DNA from: an uncultured SAR86 cluster bacterium
GTDB taxonomy: Bacteria; Pseudomonadota; Gammaproteobacteria; Magnimaribacterales; AG-339-G14
Direction of reading: 5' to 3'
NCBI GenBank assembly: GCA_902561325.1
Contig: CACEOL010000005.1
Location: forward strand, 2,220 to 66,219
Length of the DNA: 64,000 bases
This document shows positions 43,183 through 55,961 of this stretch, in pieces (position 1 is the stretch's first letter; the number at the start of each line of letters is the position of its first letter). The position numbers were made by a program, and so were the translations under genes. Below the pieces are notes generated by a model. It had not been told where the DNA came from. It did no database searches and was given only the letters and a program-made list of their open reading frames with translations.

Positions 43183-45297
43183 ATGTCTACAAGAAAAGTT
43201 CCATTAAACCTTTACAGAAACATTGGTATTTGCGCTCACGTGGATGCTGGCAAGACTACAACAACTGAAAGAGTGCTTTTCTATACTGGAATATCACACA
43301 AAATAGGTGAAGTTCATGACGGTGCCGCCACAATGGATTGGATGGAACAAGAACAAGAGAGAGGTATTACAATTACTTCAGCTGCTACTACTTGTTTTTG
43401 GAAAGGTATGAGGAGTCAATTCAACGAACATAGAATAAATATAATTGATACTCCTGGCCACGTTGATTTTACTATCGAAGTCGAAAGATCATTAAGAGTT
43501 TTGGATGGCGCTGTAGTAGTTTTCTGCGGAAGCTCTGGCGTTGAACCCCAATCTGAAACTGTCTGGAGGCAAGCAAACAGATATAAAGTTCCTAGAATAG
43601 CTTTTATAAATAAAATGGATAGAGCTGGAGCTGATTTCTTGAGAGTTGTTGGCCAAATCAAAGACAGGTTAGGTGCTACTCCCGTTCCGATACAACTTCC
43701 TATAGGAGCAGAGGATGATTTCAAAGGAATTATTGACTTGATGAGAATGAAAGCCCTCTACTGGGATGGAGACGATATGGGAACATCTTATAAGGAAGAA
43801 GATATTCCTTCAGACCTTCTAGAGCAGTCAAACAAATATAGAGAGGCTATGCTCGAAACAGTAGCCGAAGCTAGTGAAGATTTAATGGAAAAATATTTAG
43901 AAAATGGCGATTTATCTCTTGAAGAAATAATTCAAGGTATCAGGATTAGAACCTTAAATAATGAAATAGTCCCTACTATATGCGGTTCTGCCTTTAAGAA
44001 TAAAGGTGTTCAACCTATGTTGGATTGTGTAATTGATTTTCTTCCTTCACCTGATGAGGTAGAAGCAATACAAGGTATTTTAGAAGATGAAGAAACAACT
44101 GATCAAAGATCATCAAGCGATGAAGAACCTTTTTCTGCTTTAGCCTTCAAAATTGCCACAGACCCCTTTGTTGGAACCTTAACATTTGTGAGAGTTTATT
44201 CAGGCGTTCTAAATTCTGGAGATGCTGTTTATTCTCCAGCTAAAAGATCTAAAGAGAGAATTGGAAGGATGCTTCAAATGCATGCCAATAATAGAAGTGA
44301 AATATCAGAAGTAAGAGCAGGAGATATAGCTGCAGTTATTGGCTTAAAAGACGTAACTACTGGGGATACATTATGCGATCTCAAAAAACCAATTATCTTG
44401 GAAAAAATGACTTTCCCGGAACCTGTTATTTCAGTTGCGGTAGAACCTAAAACAAAAACAGATCAAGAAAAAATGTCAACAGCCTTAGGTAGACTCGCGC
44501 AAGAAGATCCATCATTTAGGGTAAATTCTGACGAAGAGTCGGGTCAGACAATTATCTCAGGTATGGGAGAACTTCATCTTGATGTCCTTGTTGACAGAAT
44601 GAAAAGAGAATTTGATGTTGAGGCTAACATTGGTAAGCCTCAAGTTGCCTATAGAGAAACAATCAAGAAAGATGTTGAGTCTGAAGGAAAATTTGTCAGA
44701 CAATCTGGAGGAAAGGGTCAATATGGCCATGTTTGGTTAAAAATAGAACCCTTAGAAGAATCTGAAAAAGAAGATGAAAATGAAGTATTCCAATTTGTGA
44801 ATAAAATTGTTGGAGGAACTATTCCCAGAGAATTCATTCCAGCCGTTGAAAAAGGTGCCTTCGAGCAAATGCAATCGGGAATATTAGGCGGCTTTCCTTT
44901 AATCGATGTAAAAGTAACAGTTTATGATGGATCTTTTCACGATGTAGATTCTTCAGAGATTGCTTTTAAAGTTGCCTCCTCGATGGCTTTAAAAGATGGA
45001 GCACTGAAAGCTAATCCAGTCATCCTTGAACCAATTATGAAACTGGAAGTTGTAACTCCAGAAGAGTATATGGGCGATGTTGTTGGAGACTTGAATAGAA
45101 GAAGAGGAATAGTCCAAGGTATGAATGATATTCATGCTGGAAAGGTTCTAGATGGAGAAGTTCCACTTGCTGAAATGTTTGGTTATGCAACTGATTTAAG
45201 GTCTGCTACTCAAGGAAGAGCAACTTTTACCATGGAACCTTTGAAGTATTCAGAAGTCCCTGCAAATGTTGCAGAAGTACTTATAAATAAAGGTTAA
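43183..45297 (+). CDS. fusA: Elongation factor G
   Basis: [25 protein letters not shown]. Confidence 0.99.
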   Translation: MSTRKVPLNLYRNIGICAHVDAGKTTTTERVLFYTGISHKIGEVHDGAATMDWMEQEQERGITITSAATTCFWKGMRSQFNEHRINIIDTPGHVDFTIEVERSLRVLDGAVVVFCGSSGVEPQSETVWRQANRYKVPRIAFINKMDRAGADFLRVVGQIKDRLGATPVPIQLPIGAEDDFKGIIDLMRMKALYWDGDDMGTSYKEEDIPSDLLEQSNKYREAMLETVAEASEDLMEKYLENGDLSLEEIIQGIRIRTLNNEIVPTICGSAFKNKGVQPMLDCVIDFLPSPDEVEAIQGILEDEETTDQRSSSDEEPFSALAFKIATDPFVGTLTFVRVYSGVLNSGDAVYSPAKRSKERIGRMLQMHANNRSEISEVRAGDIAAVIGLKDVTTGDTLCDLKKPIILEKMTFPEPVISVAVEPKTKTDQEKMSTALGRLAQEDPSFRVNSDEESGQTIISGMGELHLDVLVDRMKREFDVEANIGKPQVAYRETIKKDVESEGKFVRQSGGKGQYGHVWLKIEPLEESEKEDENEVFQFVNKIVGGTIPREFIPAVEKGAFEQMQSGILGGFPLIDVKVTVYDGSFHDVDSSEIAFKVASSMALKDGALKANPVILEPIMKLEVVTPEEYMGDVVGDLNRRRGIVQGMNDIHAGKVLDGEVPLAEMFGYATDLRSATQGRATFTMEPLKYSEVPANVAEVLINKG

Positions 45298-45304
45298 TTT
45301 CTTA

Positions 45305-45339
45305 TTGACAGTCTCTAAGGGCAGGCATAGAATTGCCGC
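45305..45339 (+). promoter_or_regulatory. S10 operon promoter
   Basis: TTGACA (45305-10), 17 bp, TAGAAT (45328-33), GC-rich TGCCGC discriminator. Confidence 0.78.
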
Positions 45340-45420
45340 TCTTTTGCGTATTTATACATAAAAGACCGAATTTTTTCGGAACGTTCTTTAAAAATTTTGT
45401 TGTTTAAATAGAGGTAAGCT

Positions 45421-45741
45421 TTGCAAAGCCAAAATATAAGAATTCGTCTAAAAGCTTTTGATAACAAGCTGATAGATAAGTCTGCAAAAGAAATTGTGGA
45501 AACTGTTAAAAGAACTGGCGCAGTTGTAAAAGGGCCTATTCCCATGCCTGTGAGAAAAAGGCAAACAACAATTTTAATTTCTCCCCATAAAGATAAGGAT
45601 GCTCGTGATCAATACGAGATTAGAACTTACAAACGTATTATGGACATAATCAAACCTACTGAAAAAACAGTGGATGCACTCATGAAACTAGATCTTTCTG
45701 CTGGTGTAGACGTACAAATATCTCTGGATGAACTCAACTAG
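45421..45741 (+). CDS. rpsJ: 30S protein S10
   Basis: [22 protein letters not shown]; TTG start after GAGGT. Confidence 0.97.
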   Translation: MQSQNIRIRLKAFDNKLIDKSAKEIVETVKRTGAVVKGPIPMPVRKRQTTILISPHKDKDARDQYEIRTYKRIMDIIKPTEKTVDALMKLDLSAGVDVQISLDELN

Positions 45742-45744
45742 AAA

Positions 45745-46383
45745 ATGATTGGATTAATTGCAAGAAAAGAAGGAATGAGCAGGGTTTTCACTGATGAAGG
45801 GAAGTCTATTCCTGTTACGGTTTTAAAAATTCATTCAAATGTTGTTTCTCAGATTAAAACTTCTGAAAAAGATGGTTACGATGCCATTCAAATATCAGCA
45901 GTAGAGCAATCGGAAAAAAATCAATCTAAAGCCGAAATAGGTCATTTGAAAAAAAATAATATTTCCTTCAAAAAACTTTCTCAAGAATTTTCCTCAAATA
46001 TAAGTGAAGAAGAAAATCTTGATATAGGTTCTGAAATAAAGGCCGATATATTTGAGGAAGGCCAATTTGTTGATGTAATAGGAACGACAAAGGGAAAAGG
46101 ATTTGCGGGTACAGTTAAAAGATGGAATTTCGCAACTCAAGATGCTACTCATGGAAACTCTCTTGCACATAGAAAACCTGGTTCAATTGGACAATGTCAA
46201 ACTCCTGGAAGAGTTTGGAAAGGAAAAAAAATGTCAGGACACATGGGTAACGTAAGACAAACTACACAAAATTTGAAAGTCCAAAAAATTGATTTGGAAA
46301 ATAACTTCATTTTAATCAAGGGAGCTGTTCCTGGTCCAAATGGATCAGAAGTTACCATTAAACCGGCAACTAAAAAATCATGA
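45745..46383 (+). CDS. rplC: 50S protein L3
   Basis: KGKGFAG, PGRVWKGKKM. Confidence 0.97.
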   Translation: MIGLIARKEGMSRVFTDEGKSIPVTVLKIHSNVVSQIKTSEKDGYDAIQISAVEQSEKNQSKAEIGHLKKNNISFKKLSQEFSSNISEEENLDIGSEIKADIFEEGQFVDVIGTTKGKGFAGTVKRWNFATQDATHGNSLAHRKPGSIGQCQTPGRVWKGKKMSGHMGNVRQTTQNLKVQKIDLENNFILIKGAVPGPNGSEVTIKPATKKS

Positions 46384-46994
46384 AATTACCTTTTTTAAAA
46401 TCTTCTAAAACAACTGATGCTGAAGTTTCAGAAAAAATCTTTGGAGTTGAGATAAATAAAGATCTTATCGCTCAACTCATTAAAATCTATATTGAAAATA
46501 GCCACCCCGGTACAAAGGCTCAAAAAAACAGATCTGCTGTTAGAGGAGGTGGAAAAAAACCTTGGCGTCAAAAGGGAACAGGAAGAGCTAGGGCAGGAAC
46601 ATCTAGAAGTCCTCTCTGGCGTGGTGGAGGAGTTGTATTTCCTGCTTCAACTAAGTCAGCAAAACCAAAAAAACTTAACAAGAAAATGTATAAATCTGCC
46701 ATGCGATCAATTTTTTCGTCTCTTGCAAAAGAAAATAGAGTCTTTTTATCTGACCAAATAAATATAGAAAACCCAAAGACTAAAGATTTTGTTGAGTTTT
46801 TAAAGAAAAATGAACTTAAAGAAGGCCTATTTATTGTTGACGAAATTTCAAACAATCTCTCTTTAGCTTCAAGAAACCTTCCAAATGTGAATGTAACCAA
46901 CTTGAATACTTTGAATCCTATTAACTTATTGAAATTTAAGTCAGTAGTGATTGTAGAAAATTGTCTTAACCTCATTGAAGAGAAATTGTCGTGA
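46380..46994 (+). CDS. rplD: 50S protein L4
   Basis: KPWRQKGTGRARAG. Confidence 0.97.
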   Translation: MKLPFLKSSKTTDAEVSEKIFGVEINKDLIAQLIKIYIENSHPGTKAQKNRSAVRGGGKKPWRQKGTGRARAGTSRSPLWRGGGVVFPASTKSAKPKKLNKKMYKSAMRSIFSSLAKENRVFLSDQINIENPKTKDFVEFLKKNELKEGLFIVDEISNNLSLASRNLPNVNVTNLNTLNPINLLKFKSVVIVENCLNLIEEKLS

Positions 46995-47293
46995 GTACTA
47001 TTATTCCAAACAAAATCATCGAATCAGCTTTAGTTTCTGAGAAATCTTCTTTGGTTGGACAAAACTCAAATACATACGTGTTCAAAGTGAATACTTCTGC
47101 AACAAAAAATCAAGTAAAAAAAGCTATAGAAGCAAAATTTGATGTAAATGTTACGAAGGTGAATATTTTGAATGTTAAAGGTAAGACAAAACGAATGATG
47201 AATCTTAGGGGGAAGATTAGAAAAAAATCTGATTGGAAAAAAGCTTACGTTTCATTAAAACCAGAACAACAAATCGAGATTATTCAAGAATAA
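46991..47293 (+). CDS. rplW: 50S protein L23
   Basis: [12 protein letters not shown]; GTG start. Confidence 0.95.
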   Translation: MSTIIPNKIIESALVSEKSSLVGQNSNTYVFKVNTSATKNQVKKAIEAKFDVNVTKVNILNVKGKTKRMMNLRGKIRKKSDWKKAYVSLKPEQQIEIIQE

Positions 47294-47294
47294 A

Positions 47295-48119
47295 ATGGCA
47301 GTAGTAAAGGCAAAACCAACGTCACCAGGAAGAAGATTTAGAAGCCTTCAAACTGGAAAAGATTTATACAAAGGTAGGCCTTTGTCCTCTCTTGTAACTA
47401 AAAAAAGTAAAACTGGCGGTAGAAACAATGCGGGAAGAATTACAACACGCCACATTGGTGGGGGGCATAAGCAACACTATAGGATTATTGATTTCAAAAG
47501 GAACAAGGATAATATCCCCGCAAAGGTAGAAAGAATTGAATATGATCCTAATAGGTCAGCATTTATAGCTTTATTGCTTTACAACGACGGGGAGAGAAGA
47601 TACATAATTTCCCCTAAAAACCTAAAAGTAAATGACCAGGTAATTTCTGGAGAAAAGGCATCGGTAAATATTGGAAATACCCTGATTTTAAAAGATATTC
47701 CTGTTGGAACAATTCTTCACTGTGTGGAGCTTAAACCAGGAAAAGGAGCACAACTCGCAAGAAGCGCAGGTACCTACGTACAGTTTGTCGCTAAAGAAGG
47801 TCAGTACGCAACGCTAAGACTTAAAAGCGGTGAGGTTAGAAAAGTTCTGACTGAATGCAGAGCAACAATTGGAGAAGTCTCAAATCAAGAACATTCTCTA
47901 AAATCTTTCGGTAAAGCTGGCGCTAAAAGATGGATCGGAGTGAGACCCACAGTTAGAGGAGTAGCTATGAACCCCATTGACCATCCTCATGGAGGTGGTG
48001 AGGGAAAAACATCTGGAGGAAGACATCCTGTTTCTCCATGGGGAGTTCCTACTAAAGGATACAGAACCAGAAGCAATAAAAGAACAGATTCATTAATTGT
48101 TAGAAGAAGGAAGAAGTAA
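47295..48119 (+). CDS. rplB: 50S protein L2
   Basis: [21 protein letters not shown]. Confidence 0.98.
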   Translation: MAVVKAKPTSPGRRFRSLQTGKDLYKGRPLSSLVTKKSKTGGRNNAGRITTRHIGGGHKQHYRIIDFKRNKDNIPAKVERIEYDPNRSAFIALLLYNDGERRYIISPKNLKVNDQVISGEKASVNIGNTLILKDIPVGTILHCVELKPGKGAQLARSAGTYVQFVAKEGQYATLRLKSGEVRKVLTECRATIGEVSNQEHSLKSFGKAGAKRWIGVRPTVRGVAMNPIDHPHGGGEGKTSGGRHPVSPWGVPTKGYRTRSNKRTDSLIVRRRKK

Positions 48120-48391
48120 TGGTTAGATCAGTAAAAAAAGGTCCTTTTGTAGATCATCATCTTGAAGAAAAAGTTCAAAAGGCGATTGAAGAAAAGAGCA
48201 AAAGACCTATTAAAACTTGGTCAAGGAGATCAATGATTACGCCTGAAATGGTGAACTTGACTATTGCAGTCCACAACGGCCGTGCTCACGTACCAATTCT
48301 TATTAAAGAGGACATGGTTGGACACAAGTTAGGAGAATTTGTCCCAACAAGAACATTCAAAATGCACTCAGGAGATAGACAAGCGGGTTAA
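48119..48391 (+). CDS. rpsS: 30S protein S19
   Basis: [16 protein letters not shown]. Confidence 0.98.
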   Translation: MVRSVKKGPFVDHHLEEKVQKAIEEKSKRPIKTWSRRSMITPEMVNLTIAVHNGRAHVPILIKEDMVGHKLGEFVPTRTFKMHSGDRQAG

Positions 48392-48393
48392 TT

Positions 48394-48735
48394 ATGACTG
48401 AAGTAAAAGCAAAGCTTAGTAGATTAACTGTTTCACCTTACAAAGTAAGGTTGGTAGCTGATCAAATTAGAGGAAAGAGCGTTGAAGAGGCCATAGACAT
48501 ATTATCTTTTAGCAAGAAATCTTCTGCCTCAAATGTACTTAAGCTTTTGGAGTCAGCAATCGCAAATGCCGAAAACAACAAAGGTTTGGATATCGACGAT
48601 CTTTTTGTTTCAGAAATTAAAGTTGATGAATCTTTTATTCTCAAAAGAATCCAGGCAAGGGCTAGAGGAAGAGCGGACAGAATTCAAAAACGCAGTTGTC
48701 ATGTCAACATAACTTTAGGGAGTGAAAAAAACTAA
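48394..48735 (+). CDS. rplV: 50S protein L22
   Basis: [26 protein letters not shown]. Confidence 0.97.
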   Translation: MTEVKAKLSRLTVSPYKVRLVADQIRGKSVEEAIDILSFSKKSSASNVLKLLESAIANAENNKGLDIDDLFVSEIKVDESFILKRIQARARGRADRIQKRSCHVNITLGSEKN

Positions 48736-49386
48736 ATGGGACAAAAAGTAAACCCGATAGGAATTCGATTAGGAATTTCAAGAAAACACAATTCAACTTG
48801 GTATGCTGAAAAAGATAAGTATCAAGAACTTTTGCTTAATGATTTCGCCGTAAGAGAGTTCCTTAAAAAAGAACTTGATAATTCTTTTGTAAGCAAAATT
48901 GAAATTGAACGTCCTTCACAAAGTGGAAAAGTAACCATCCATACTTCAAGGCCAGGAATGATCATTGGAAAAAAAGGTGAGGACATAGATCGTTTAAGGG
49001 ATGAGCTTACAAAGTTAATGGAAGTTCCAGTTAGCTTAAATATACAAGAGATAAGAAAACCTGATTTAGATGCTCAACTGGTTGCTGCAAATATTGCGGT
49101 TCAACTTGAAAGACGTGCAATGTTTAGAAGAGTTATTAAAAGAGCCGCACAAAATACTATGCGTCAAGGTGCTCAAGGAGTAAAAGTTAGAGTTGCAGGA
49201 AGATTAGGGGGTGCAGAAATTGCGAGAGCCGAATGGCATAAAGAGGGAAGAGTACCTCTTCATACTCTTAGAGCAGATATAGATTATGGTCTTGCAGAAG
49301 CAAAAACAACTTATGGAATCATTGGAGTTAAAGTTTGGATTTGTAGAGGTGAAGTATCTACTAAACCTAAAAAAACAGATAACTAA
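48736..49386 (+). CDS. rpsC: 30S protein S3
   Basis: [21 protein letters not shown]. Confidence 0.98.
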   Translation: MGQKVNPIGIRLGISRKHNSTWYAEKDKYQELLLNDFAVREFLKKELDNSFVSKIEIERPSQSGKVTIHTSRPGMIIGKKGEDIDRLRDELTKLMEVPVSLNIQEIRKPDLDAQLVAANIAVQLERRAMFRRVIKRAAQNTMRQGAQGVKVRVAGRLGGAEIARAEWHKEGRVPLHTLRADIDYGLAEAKTTYGIIGVKVWICRGEVSTKPKKTDN

Positions 49387-49391
49387 AAATT

Positions 49392-49805
49392 ATGTTTCAA
49401 CCTAAAAGAACAAAATATAGAAAACAAATGAAGGGCCGCAATAGAGGTCTTGCCCAAAAGGGTAATTCCTTGGATTTCGGTGCTTTCGGTCTCAAAGCCA
49501 CGTCTCGAGGACAAATTACTTCAAGACAAATTGAGGCTGCAAGAAGAGCTATGACAAGACATGTTAAGAGGGGAGCAAAAATTTGGATAAGAATCTTTCC
49601 CGACAAGCCAATTACAAAAAAACCTCTTGAAGTTAGACAAGGTAAAGGAAAAGGAAATGTTGAGTATTGGGTTTGTCCTATAAAACCAGGAAGAATCCTC
49701 TATGAGATGGAAGGTGTTGATGAATCAATTGCAAGAGAAGCTTTGACTTTAGCAGCTGCAAAATTACCTGTAGGAACAAAATTTGTTCAAAGGAGATCGG
49801 TTTAA
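49392..49805 (+). CDS. rplP: 50S protein L16
   Basis: [24 protein letters not shown]. Confidence 0.98.
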   Translation: MFQPKRTKYRKQMKGRNRGLAQKGNSLDFGAFGLKATSRGQITSRQIEAARRAMTRHVKRGAKIWIRIFPDKPITKKPLEVRQGKGKGNVEYWVCPIKPGRILYEMEGVDESIAREALTLAAAKLPVGTKFVQRRSV

Positions 49806-49975
49806 TGGCCAAGAAAAAAGCAAACTTATCTGAAATTGAAAAACTCAATATGGAGTATTTAGATTTGAAATTAAAAAATAGTTCGGGCTCGCTTAAAGAG
49901 ACTCACAAACTATCGGAATTGAGAAAAGACATTGCAAGATTAAAAACTAAAGAAAGAATGGGAATAGAAAAATGA
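49805..49975 (+). CDS. rpmC: 50S protein L29 (absent from ORF track, N-terminally shortened)
   Basis: Hand translation [24 protein letters not shown]...LRKDIARLKT (56 aa) between rplP and rpsQ. Confidence 0.88.
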   Translation: MAKKKANLSEIEKLNMEYLDLKLKNSSGSLKETHKLSELRKDIARLKTKERMGIEK

Positions 49976-50235
49976 GCGAAGTAATTGAAAGAACTTTGGT
50001 TGGATCAGTTGTTAGTATTTCTGGAGATAAGTCTAGGGTAGCTCTTATTCAGAGAAGCGTTAAACATAAAACATTAGGAAAAATTATAAAACGCTCGTCA
50101 AAAATTAGCTTCCATGATGAAGATAATTCTAGCAATTTAGGAGATAAGGTAAAAATTATGGAATGTAAGCCTTACTCAAAATCTAAATCTTGGAAACTTA
50201 TCGAAGTGCTTAGAGTATTTGAGGGGGTTGAATAA
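49972..50235 (+). CDS. rpsQ: 30S protein S17
   Basis: [22 protein letters not shown]. Confidence 0.95.
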   Translation: MSEVIERTLVGSVVSISGDKSRVALIQRSVKHKTLGKIIKRSSKISFHDEDNSSNLGDKVKIMECKPYSKSKSWKLIEVLRVFEGVE

Positions 50236-50237
50236 AA

Positions 50238-50606
50238 ATGATTCAAACTCAGACCATTTTAGAAATTGCGGATAACAGTGGAGCAAGGAAAGTTATGTGT
50301 ATAAAAGTTCTTGGTGGCTCTAAAAGAAGATATGCTCGAGTTGGGGACATTATCAAAGTCGCTATAAAAGAAGCTATTCCAACTGGAAGAGTAAAAAAAG
50401 GACAGGTTGCTGAAGCAGTCGTAGTTAGAACTAAAAAAGATATTAAAAGAGAAGATGGTTCGAGTATAAGATTTGATGATAACGCAGCAGTTTTAGTTAA
50501 TACTCAAAAACAGCCAATTGGAACTAGAATTTTTGGGCCCGTATCTAGAGAGCTTAGAAGTAAAGATTTTATGAGAATTATTTCTCTTGCTCCGGAGGTC
50601 ATTTAA
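50238..50606 (+). CDS. rplN: 50S protein L14
   Basis: [20 protein letters not shown]. Confidence 0.98.
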   Translation: MIQTQTILEIADNSGARKVMCIKVLGGSKRRYARVGDIIKVAIKEAIPTGRVKKGQVAEAVVVRTKKDIKREDGSSIRFDDNAAVLVNTQKQPIGTRIFGPVSRELRSKDFMRIISLAPEVI

Positions 50607-50608
50607 TT

Positions 50609-50920
50609 ATGAAAAAACTTAGAACTGGAGACGAGGTTATTGTGATATCCGGAAAAGATATAGGAAAAACTGGAACTCTTTCTAAATTTATCTCAGAAAC
50701 AAAATGCATTGTCTCTGGAGTTAAAATCGCTAAAAAACATCAGAAGCCTAATCCTCAACTTAATATACAAGGAGGAATTCTTGAAAAAGAATCACCAATT
50801 GATGTTTCTAATTTAGCTATCTACAACAAGAAATCAAAAAAAGCAGACAAAATTAATATTGAAATTAAAAAAGATAAAAAAATAAGAGTATTTAAATCGG
50901 ATGGAAAAGAAATCAAATGA
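50609..50920 (+). CDS. rplX: 50S protein L24
   Basis: [17 protein letters not shown]. Confidence 0.96.
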   Translation: MKKLRTGDEVIVISGKDIGKTGTLSKFISETKCIVSGVKIAKKHQKPNPQLNIQGGILEKESPIDVSNLAIYNKKSKKADKINIEIKKDKKIRVFKSDGKEIK

Positions 50921-51465
50921 GCACTTCAATTTTAAAGAAAACTTATCTTGAAAAGGCAGTTCCAAACTTAAAGGAATCTTTAGGTTGTAAGTCAAATATG
51001 GCAGTACCTAAAATTACTAAAGTAACTCTTAACATGGGTTTAGGGCCCGATGCAGTAAACGACAGAAAAGTTATTGATACTGCAATCGAAGATTTAAGAC
51101 TCATTTCTGGTCAGCAGCCAGTAAAAACACTTGTAAGAAAGTCAGTAGCAAGTTTTAAAATTAGAGATGGCTATCCTATAGGTTGTAAAGTAACCCTAAG
51201 AGGGGAAAGAATGTACGATTTTCTAGACAGACTCTTGAATATCGCAATTCCAAGAGAAAGAGATTTCAGAGGACTTAGCGTCAAGTCTTTTGATGGACAA
51301 GGTAATTACACCATGGGAATAAAAGAGCATATTATTTTCCCGGAAATTGATTATGACAAAGTCCAAAAAATCAGAGGTATGGATATAAGTATTACTACTT
51401 CTGCAAGAAACGATGAAGAAGGCTTGTCCTTACTTAAAGAACTAAATTTTCCATTTGTTAGCTGA
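50917..51465 (+). CDS. rplE: 50S protein L5
   Basis: [22 protein letters not shown]. Confidence 0.97.
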   Translation: MSTSILKKTYLEKAVPNLKESLGCKSNMAVPKITKVTLNMGLGPDAVNDRKVIDTAIEDLRLISGQQPVKTLVRKSVASFKIRDGYPIGCKVTLRGERMYDFLDRLLNIAIPRERDFRGLSVKSFDGQGNYTMGIKEHIIFPEIDYDKVQKIRGMDISITTSARNDEEGLSLLKELNFPFVS

Positions 51466-51474
51466 GGTAAAAAA

Positions 51475-51780
51475 ATGGCAAAAAAATCAATGATAGCAAG
51501 AGAACTAAAGAGACAAAAAACAGTTGAACGCTTTGCTGCTAAAAGAGCAGAGCTTAAAAAGATAATTGCCGATTCTCAATCTTCTGATGAAGATAAGTTT
51601 GCTGCTAGGGAGAAATTACAAAAACTTCCAAGAGATGCAAATCCAATTCGTCTTCAAAGAAGATGTCAAATAACAGGAAGACCTCATGCTGTTTATAGGA
51701 AATTTGGTCTTTCAAGAAATAAATTAAGAGAATTAGCTATGAGAGGAGACGTCCCAGGATTAGTAAAATCAAGCTGGTAA
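51475..51780 (+). CDS. rpsN: 30S protein S14 (long, non-zinc type)
   Basis: [26 protein letters not shown]. Confidence 0.97.
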   Translation: MAKKSMIARELKRQKTVERFAAKRAELKKIIADSQSSDEDKFAAREKLQKLPRDANPIRLQRRCQITGRPHAVYRKFGLSRNKLRELAMRGDVPGLVKSSW

Positions 51781-51785
51781 GAATT

Positions 51786-52181
51786 ATGAGTATGCAAGAT
51801 CCAATTTCAGACATGATAGCAAGAGTTAAAAATGCTCAATCTAGAGGTCACAAAGAAGTACTTCTTGACTCCTCTAAAATTAAGTTCGGTATATGCAAGG
51901 TTCTCGAATCAGAAGGTTATATCAAAAAAGTTGAGCTAGTAGGAGAACAGCCCAAGCAGGAAATTAAAATTACTCTAAAATATTTCGAGGATTTACCTGT
52001 TATTAAAGAATTTGACAGAGCAAGCAAACCAGGGCTTCGCAAGTACTTTTCCTTTGATCAAATTCCTCCTGTTAAAGGGGGTTTGGGTACAGCCATCATG
52101 ACAACCAGTAAGGGAATCATTACTAGCGATCAAGCAAAAAAAGAAAAAGTGGGTGGCGAACTAATCTGTACGGTATTTTAA
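51786..52181 (+). CDS. rpsH: 30S protein S8
   Basis: MQDPISDM, SKPGLR, VGGEL. Confidence 0.97.
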   Translation: MSMQDPISDMIARVKNAQSRGHKEVLLDSSKIKFGICKVLESEGYIKKVELVGEQPKQEIKITLKYFEDLPVIKEFDRASKPGLRKYFSFDQIPPVKGGLGTAIMTTSKGIITSDQAKKEKVGGELICTVF

Positions 52182-52182
52182 A

Positions 52183-52722
52183 ATGGCAAGAAATATAAAT
52201 AGAAAACTACCTCTTTCTGATGGCGCAAAAGCGTCAATAGCTGAAGACGTTCTATCGATTTCTGGAGCAAAGGGAGAGCTTTCTCTTAATGTGCACGATA
52301 CTGTTAAAGTTTCTTTAGAGGACGATTCAATTCTCTTCAACCCGAAAGACTTGGAGGACAAAACCTCTGTTTCAATGACAAGTACCATGAGATCTCTTAC
52401 TTTGAATATGATAGAAGGTGTCACTAAAGGTTTTGAAAAAAAACTTGAAATTAATGGCGTCGGTTACAGGGTAAAAGTATCAGGAGCAAATCTTGAACTC
52501 TCACTTGGCTATTCACATCCAATTAACTACAAACTGCCTGATGGAGTTACTGCTGAAGCTCCTACCAATACAGAATTAGTTTTGACGTCTACTAACAAAC
52601 AACTTCTAGGTGATACAGCCTCAGAGATAAGAGCTTTTAGACCTCCGGAACCCTACAAAGGAAAAGGAGTTAAATATTCCGATGAACATATAAAAAGAAA
52701 AGAATCTAAGAAAACTGCCTAA
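52183..52722 (+). CDS. rplF: 50S protein L6
   Basis: [20 protein letters not shown]. Confidence 0.97.
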   Translation: MARNINRKLPLSDGAKASIAEDVLSISGAKGELSLNVHDTVKVSLEDDSILFNPKDLEDKTSVSMTSTMRSLTLNMIEGVTKGFEKKLEINGVGYRVKVSGANLELSLGYSHPINYKLPDGVTAEAPTNTELVLTSTNKQLLGDTASEIRAFRPPEPYKGKGVKYSDEHIKRKESKKTA

Positions 52723-52723
52723 G

Positions 52724-53071
52724 ATGAAAAAGATTGAAGCAAGAAATAGAAGAGCAAGAAAACTAAGAAGTCTATCTGAGGGCCTTAATGTTAATAGGCT
52801 TGCTATATTTAGATCTGCAAAACACATATATGCACAAGTTTTTTCAGTTGATGGAAAACAAATACTTGCACAGGCTTCCTCACTAGATAAAGAGTTAAAA
52901 GCTACTAACGGAGGAAACGTTGAAGCAGCTGAGAAGGTCGGAGAATTAGTTGCAAAAAGAGCAATTGAGCAAGGGATAAAAAAAGTTACTTTTGATAGAT
53001 CTGGCTATAAATATCATGGAAGAGTGAAGTCGCTTGCTGATGGTGCTAGGTCTCAGGGATTAGAATTTTAG
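52724..53071 (+). CDS. rplR: 50S protein L18
   Basis: [17 protein letters not shown]. Confidence 0.97.
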   Translation: MKKIEARNRRARKLRSLSEGLNVNRLAIFRSAKHIYAQVFSVDGKQILAQASSLDKELKATNGGNVEAAEKVGELVAKRAIEQGIKKVTFDRSGYKYHGRVKSLADGARSQGLEF

Positions 53072-53079
53072 AGAAGAAT

Positions 53080-53562
53080 ATGGAAGAAAATTTTGAACAA
53101 ACCACAGAAGTTTTAGAAGAAAAACTAGTTGGCGTAAACAGAGTTGCCAAAGTTGTTAAAGGAGGAAGACTATTTGGTTTTACTGCCTTAACTGTAGTAG
53201 GTGACGGAAAGGGAAAGGTTGGATTTGGTAGAGGAAAAGCAAGGGAAGTTCCTATAGCAATTCAAAAGGCATTAGAAAGTGCTAGAAGAAATATGGTTAA
53301 TGTCGACCTTAACGGATCAACTATTCATTACGCAGTAAAAGCTAAACATGGATCGGCAACTGTTTACATGCAGCCTGCATCACCCGGTACAGGAATTATC
53401 GCTGGAGGAGCAATGAGAGCAGTTTTAGAGCTTGCTGGCGTAAAAGATGTATTAGCAAAATCATACGGCTCGACAAATCAAATTAATGTTGTAAGAGCTA
53501 CATTCAAAGGCTTGTCGGAAATAGAATCACCAGAAAAAGTTGCATTAAGAAGATCAAAATAA
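53080..53562 (+). CDS. rpsE: 30S protein S5
   Basis: [15 protein letters not shown]. Confidence 0.97.
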   Translation: MEENFEQTTEVLEEKLVGVNRVAKVVKGGRLFGFTALTVVGDGKGKVGFGRGKAREVPIAIQKALESARRNMVNVDLNGSTIHYAVKAKHGSATVYMQPASPGTGIIAGGAMRAVLELAGVKDVLAKSYGSTNQINVVRATFKGLSEIESPEKVALRRSK

Positions 53563-53564
53563 TT

Positions 53565-53753
53565 ATGGCTGAAGAAAAAACAATTTCTGTAAAACAAATT
53601 AAAAGCGTTACTGGCTCTAAAAGAAACCAGAGACTCTCTTTAAAAGGACTGGGCTTAAAAAAAATCAATCACGTTGTGCAAGTTAAAAACACTAAAGAAA
53701 ATCTTGGCATGATAAATAAATGTAGGCATTTAATAGAGGTAATTGAAGAATAA
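53565..53753 (+). CDS. rpmD: 50S protein L30
   Basis: LKGLGLKKI, GMINK; position between rpsE and rplO. Confidence 0.93.
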   Translation: MAEEKTISVKQIKSVTGSKRNQRLSLKGLGLKKINHVVQVKNTKENLGMINKCRHLIEVIEE

Positions 53754-54181
53754 TGAAACTTAATGAATTAAATCCTAATTTAAAAAATAAACCCACTAAA
53801 AGAGTTGGTCGAGGAGCAGGTTCTGGCTTAGGCAAAACTTCTGGTAAAGGGCATAAAGGTCAAAAAGCAAGATCTGGAGGAAAGGTTCGTCCTGGATTTG
53901 AAGGTGGACAAATGCCAATTCAACAAAGATTACCTAAATTTGGCTTTACCTCTAAATCATCAAAATACAAAACACATATCAAGCTTGGTGATTTAAACAA
54001 TTTATCTGAAGACGTTATTGATTTAGATGTTTTAAAGGCAAATAAACTAATTTCAAGAATAACAAAAGAAGTTAAGGTAATTAATTCTGGTGAGTTGAAA
54101 AAAGCCATCAAAATAAAAGGTCTAAAAATTTCAAAAACTGCTTCAGAAGAAGTTAAAAAATCTGGAGGCGAGGTAGGTTAA
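53753..54181 (+). CDS. rplO: 50S protein L15
   Basis: RVGRGAGSG, GFEGGQMP. Confidence 0.97.
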   Translation: MKLNELNPNLKNKPTKRVGRGAGSGLGKTSGKGHKGQKARSGGKVRPGFEGGQMPIQQRLPKFGFTSKSSKYKTHIKLGDLNNLSEDVIDLDVLKANKLISRITKEVKVINSGELKKAIKIKGLKISKTASEEVKKSGGEVG

Positions 54182-55485
54182 TGGCGGCTATTAATCCCAA
54201 ATCCTCTGGGCTTTCAGAACTTTGGTCAAGACTGAGATTTGTCTTACTAGCACTTATCATCTACAGGATTGGAACTCACATACCTGTACCTGGAATAGAC
54301 CCTGTAAAAATTTCTTCTTTATTTGACCAAAATCAAGGAACCTTGCTTGGCTTGTTCAATATGTTTTCAGGGGGTGCTTTGGAAAGAATGAGCATCATGG
54401 CTCTTAACGTAGTTCCTTATATTACTGCGGCTATTGTGATGAATCTTTTAGAAGCAACTACTCCAAGTTTAAAGAAAATGTTTAGACAAGAAGGAGAACA
54501 AGGTAGGAGAAAAAGAACCCACTATGTGCGTTTAGGAACTTTACTTCTAGCAATATTTCAATCTATGGGATTTGCAATTGCTCTCTCTTCTCAAGGAATG
54601 GCAATAGACCCAAGTACCATGTTCATTTTTACTGCGGTGGTCTCTTTCGTTACAGGAACAATGTTTTTAGTTTGGCTTGGAGAGCAAGTAAATGAAAGAG
54701 GAATTGGAAATGGTATTTCGCTAATTATTTTTGCAAGTATTGTATCTGGTTTGCCAAGTGCAATTGGACAATCCTTTGAAGGGGCGAGACAAGGAGAAAT
54801 AAGTCTCATTTTGCTTCTTACAGTTGCTTTTATGGCGATACTTGCCATTTCTTTCATAGTTTGGGTAGAAAGAGCACAAAGAAGAGTTACTGTAAATTAC
54901 GCTAGAAGAAATCCTAACCAAATGGCTATGGGACAAGCTTCGCATGTTCCATTAAAAGTAAACATGTCAGGAGTGATTCCTGCTATTTTTGCAAGCAGTA
55001 TAGTTCTTTTTCCAGCTTCAATTAGTTCTTGGTTTGGACAAAGTGAAGGGATGGAGTGGCTGCAAGAAGTATCTTTGGCATTAAGTCCTGGACAACCTTT
55101 ATACGTAGTTGTGTTTTCTATTTTGATTGCTTATTTTTGCTTTTTTTACACTGCTATACAGTTTCCAGCAAAAGATATTTCAGATAATTTGAAAAGGTCT
55201 GGTGGCTTCCTTCCTGGAATTAGACCGGGAGGTCACACGGAAGAATACATTGATAATGTTATGTCCAGACTGACAGTCTGGGGATCTATTTATATGATAA
55301 TGATTTGTTTATTACCCCAATTTTTAATTGTCTCTGCAAACGTTCCTTTTTACTTGGGAGGAACTTCACTTTTAATTGCAGTAGTAGTGGTAATGGACTT
55401 CATGGCTCAGGTACAATCTCACCTTTTATCGAGTCAATATCAGTCTTTGATGAAGAAAGCTAATTTGAAAGGGTTTAAAAGATAA
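54181..55485 (+). CDS. secY: Preprotein translocase SecY
   Basis: [27 protein letters not shown]. Confidence 0.98.
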   Translation: MAAINPKSSGLSELWSRLRFVLLALIIYRIGTHIPVPGIDPVKISSLFDQNQGTLLGLFNMFSGGALERMSIMALNVVPYITAAIVMNLLEATTPSLKKMFRQEGEQGRRKRTHYVRLGTLLLAIFQSMGFAIALSSQGMAIDPSTMFIFTAVVSFVTGTMFLVWLGEQVNERGIGNGISLIIFASIVSGLPSAIGQSFEGARQGEISLILLLTVAFMAILAISFIVWVERAQRRVTVNYARRNPNQMAMGQASHVPLKVNMSGVIPAIFASSIVLFPASISSWFGQSEGMEWLQEVSLALSPGQPLYVVVFSILIAYFCFFYTAIQFPAKDISDNLKRSGGFLPGIRPGGHTEEYIDNVMSRLTVWGSIYMIMICLLPQFLIVSANVPFYLGGTSLLIAVVVVMDFMAQVQSHLLSSQYQSLMKKANLKGFKR

Positions 55486-55486
55486 A

Positions 55487-55603
55487 ATGAAAGTAAGAGC
55501 ATCAGTAAAAAAAATATGCAAAGATTGCAAGCTTGTTAAAAGAAGAGGCACAGTTTATGTAATCTGCAAAACTGATCAAAAACATAAACAGAGGCAGGGA
55601 TAA
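55487..55603 (+). CDS. rpmJ: 50S protein L36, zinc-binding type (absent from ORF track)
   Basis: Hand translation [38 protein letters not shown]. Confidence 0.96.
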   Translation: MKVRASVKKICKDCKLVKRRGTVYVICKTDQKHKQRQG

Positions 55604-55959
55604 TGGCAAGGGTAGCTGGAGTAAACATACCTGATAAGAAGCAGGCTTGGATATCACTAACACATATTTTTGGAATAGGTAGAACAACTGCTCTAAAAAT
55701 TTGTGAAACTACAGGAATTAAGTTTGATACAAAAATTTCTGCATTAAACGATCAAGAATTAGAAAAGTTAAGAAAAGAAGTGGGTAATTTTCTCGTAGAA
55801 GGAGACTTGAGAAGAGAGGTAAGTACCAACATCAAAAGATTAATGGACCTTGGTACCCTAAGAGGTATCAGGCATAGAAAAAGACTACCCGTAAGAGGTC
55901 AAAGAACAAAGACAAATGCTAGGACTAGGAAGGGGCCTAGAAAACCAATTAGAAGATAA
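55603..55959 (+). CDS. rpsM: 30S protein S13
   Basis: [27 protein letters not shown]. Confidence 0.98.
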   Translation: MARVAGVNIPDKKQAWISLTHIFGIGRTTALKICETTGIKFDTKISALNDQELEKLRKEVGNFLVEGDLRREVSTNIKRLMDLGTLRGIRHRKRLPVRGQRTKTNARTRKGPRKPIRR

Positions 55960-55961
55960 TA

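Noticed and set aside
51475-55603. Zinc-free ribosomal protein paralogues as part of a zinc-starvation system
   Set aside because: The S14 is the normal gammaproteobacterial long form and L36 retains its Cys/His zinc ligands
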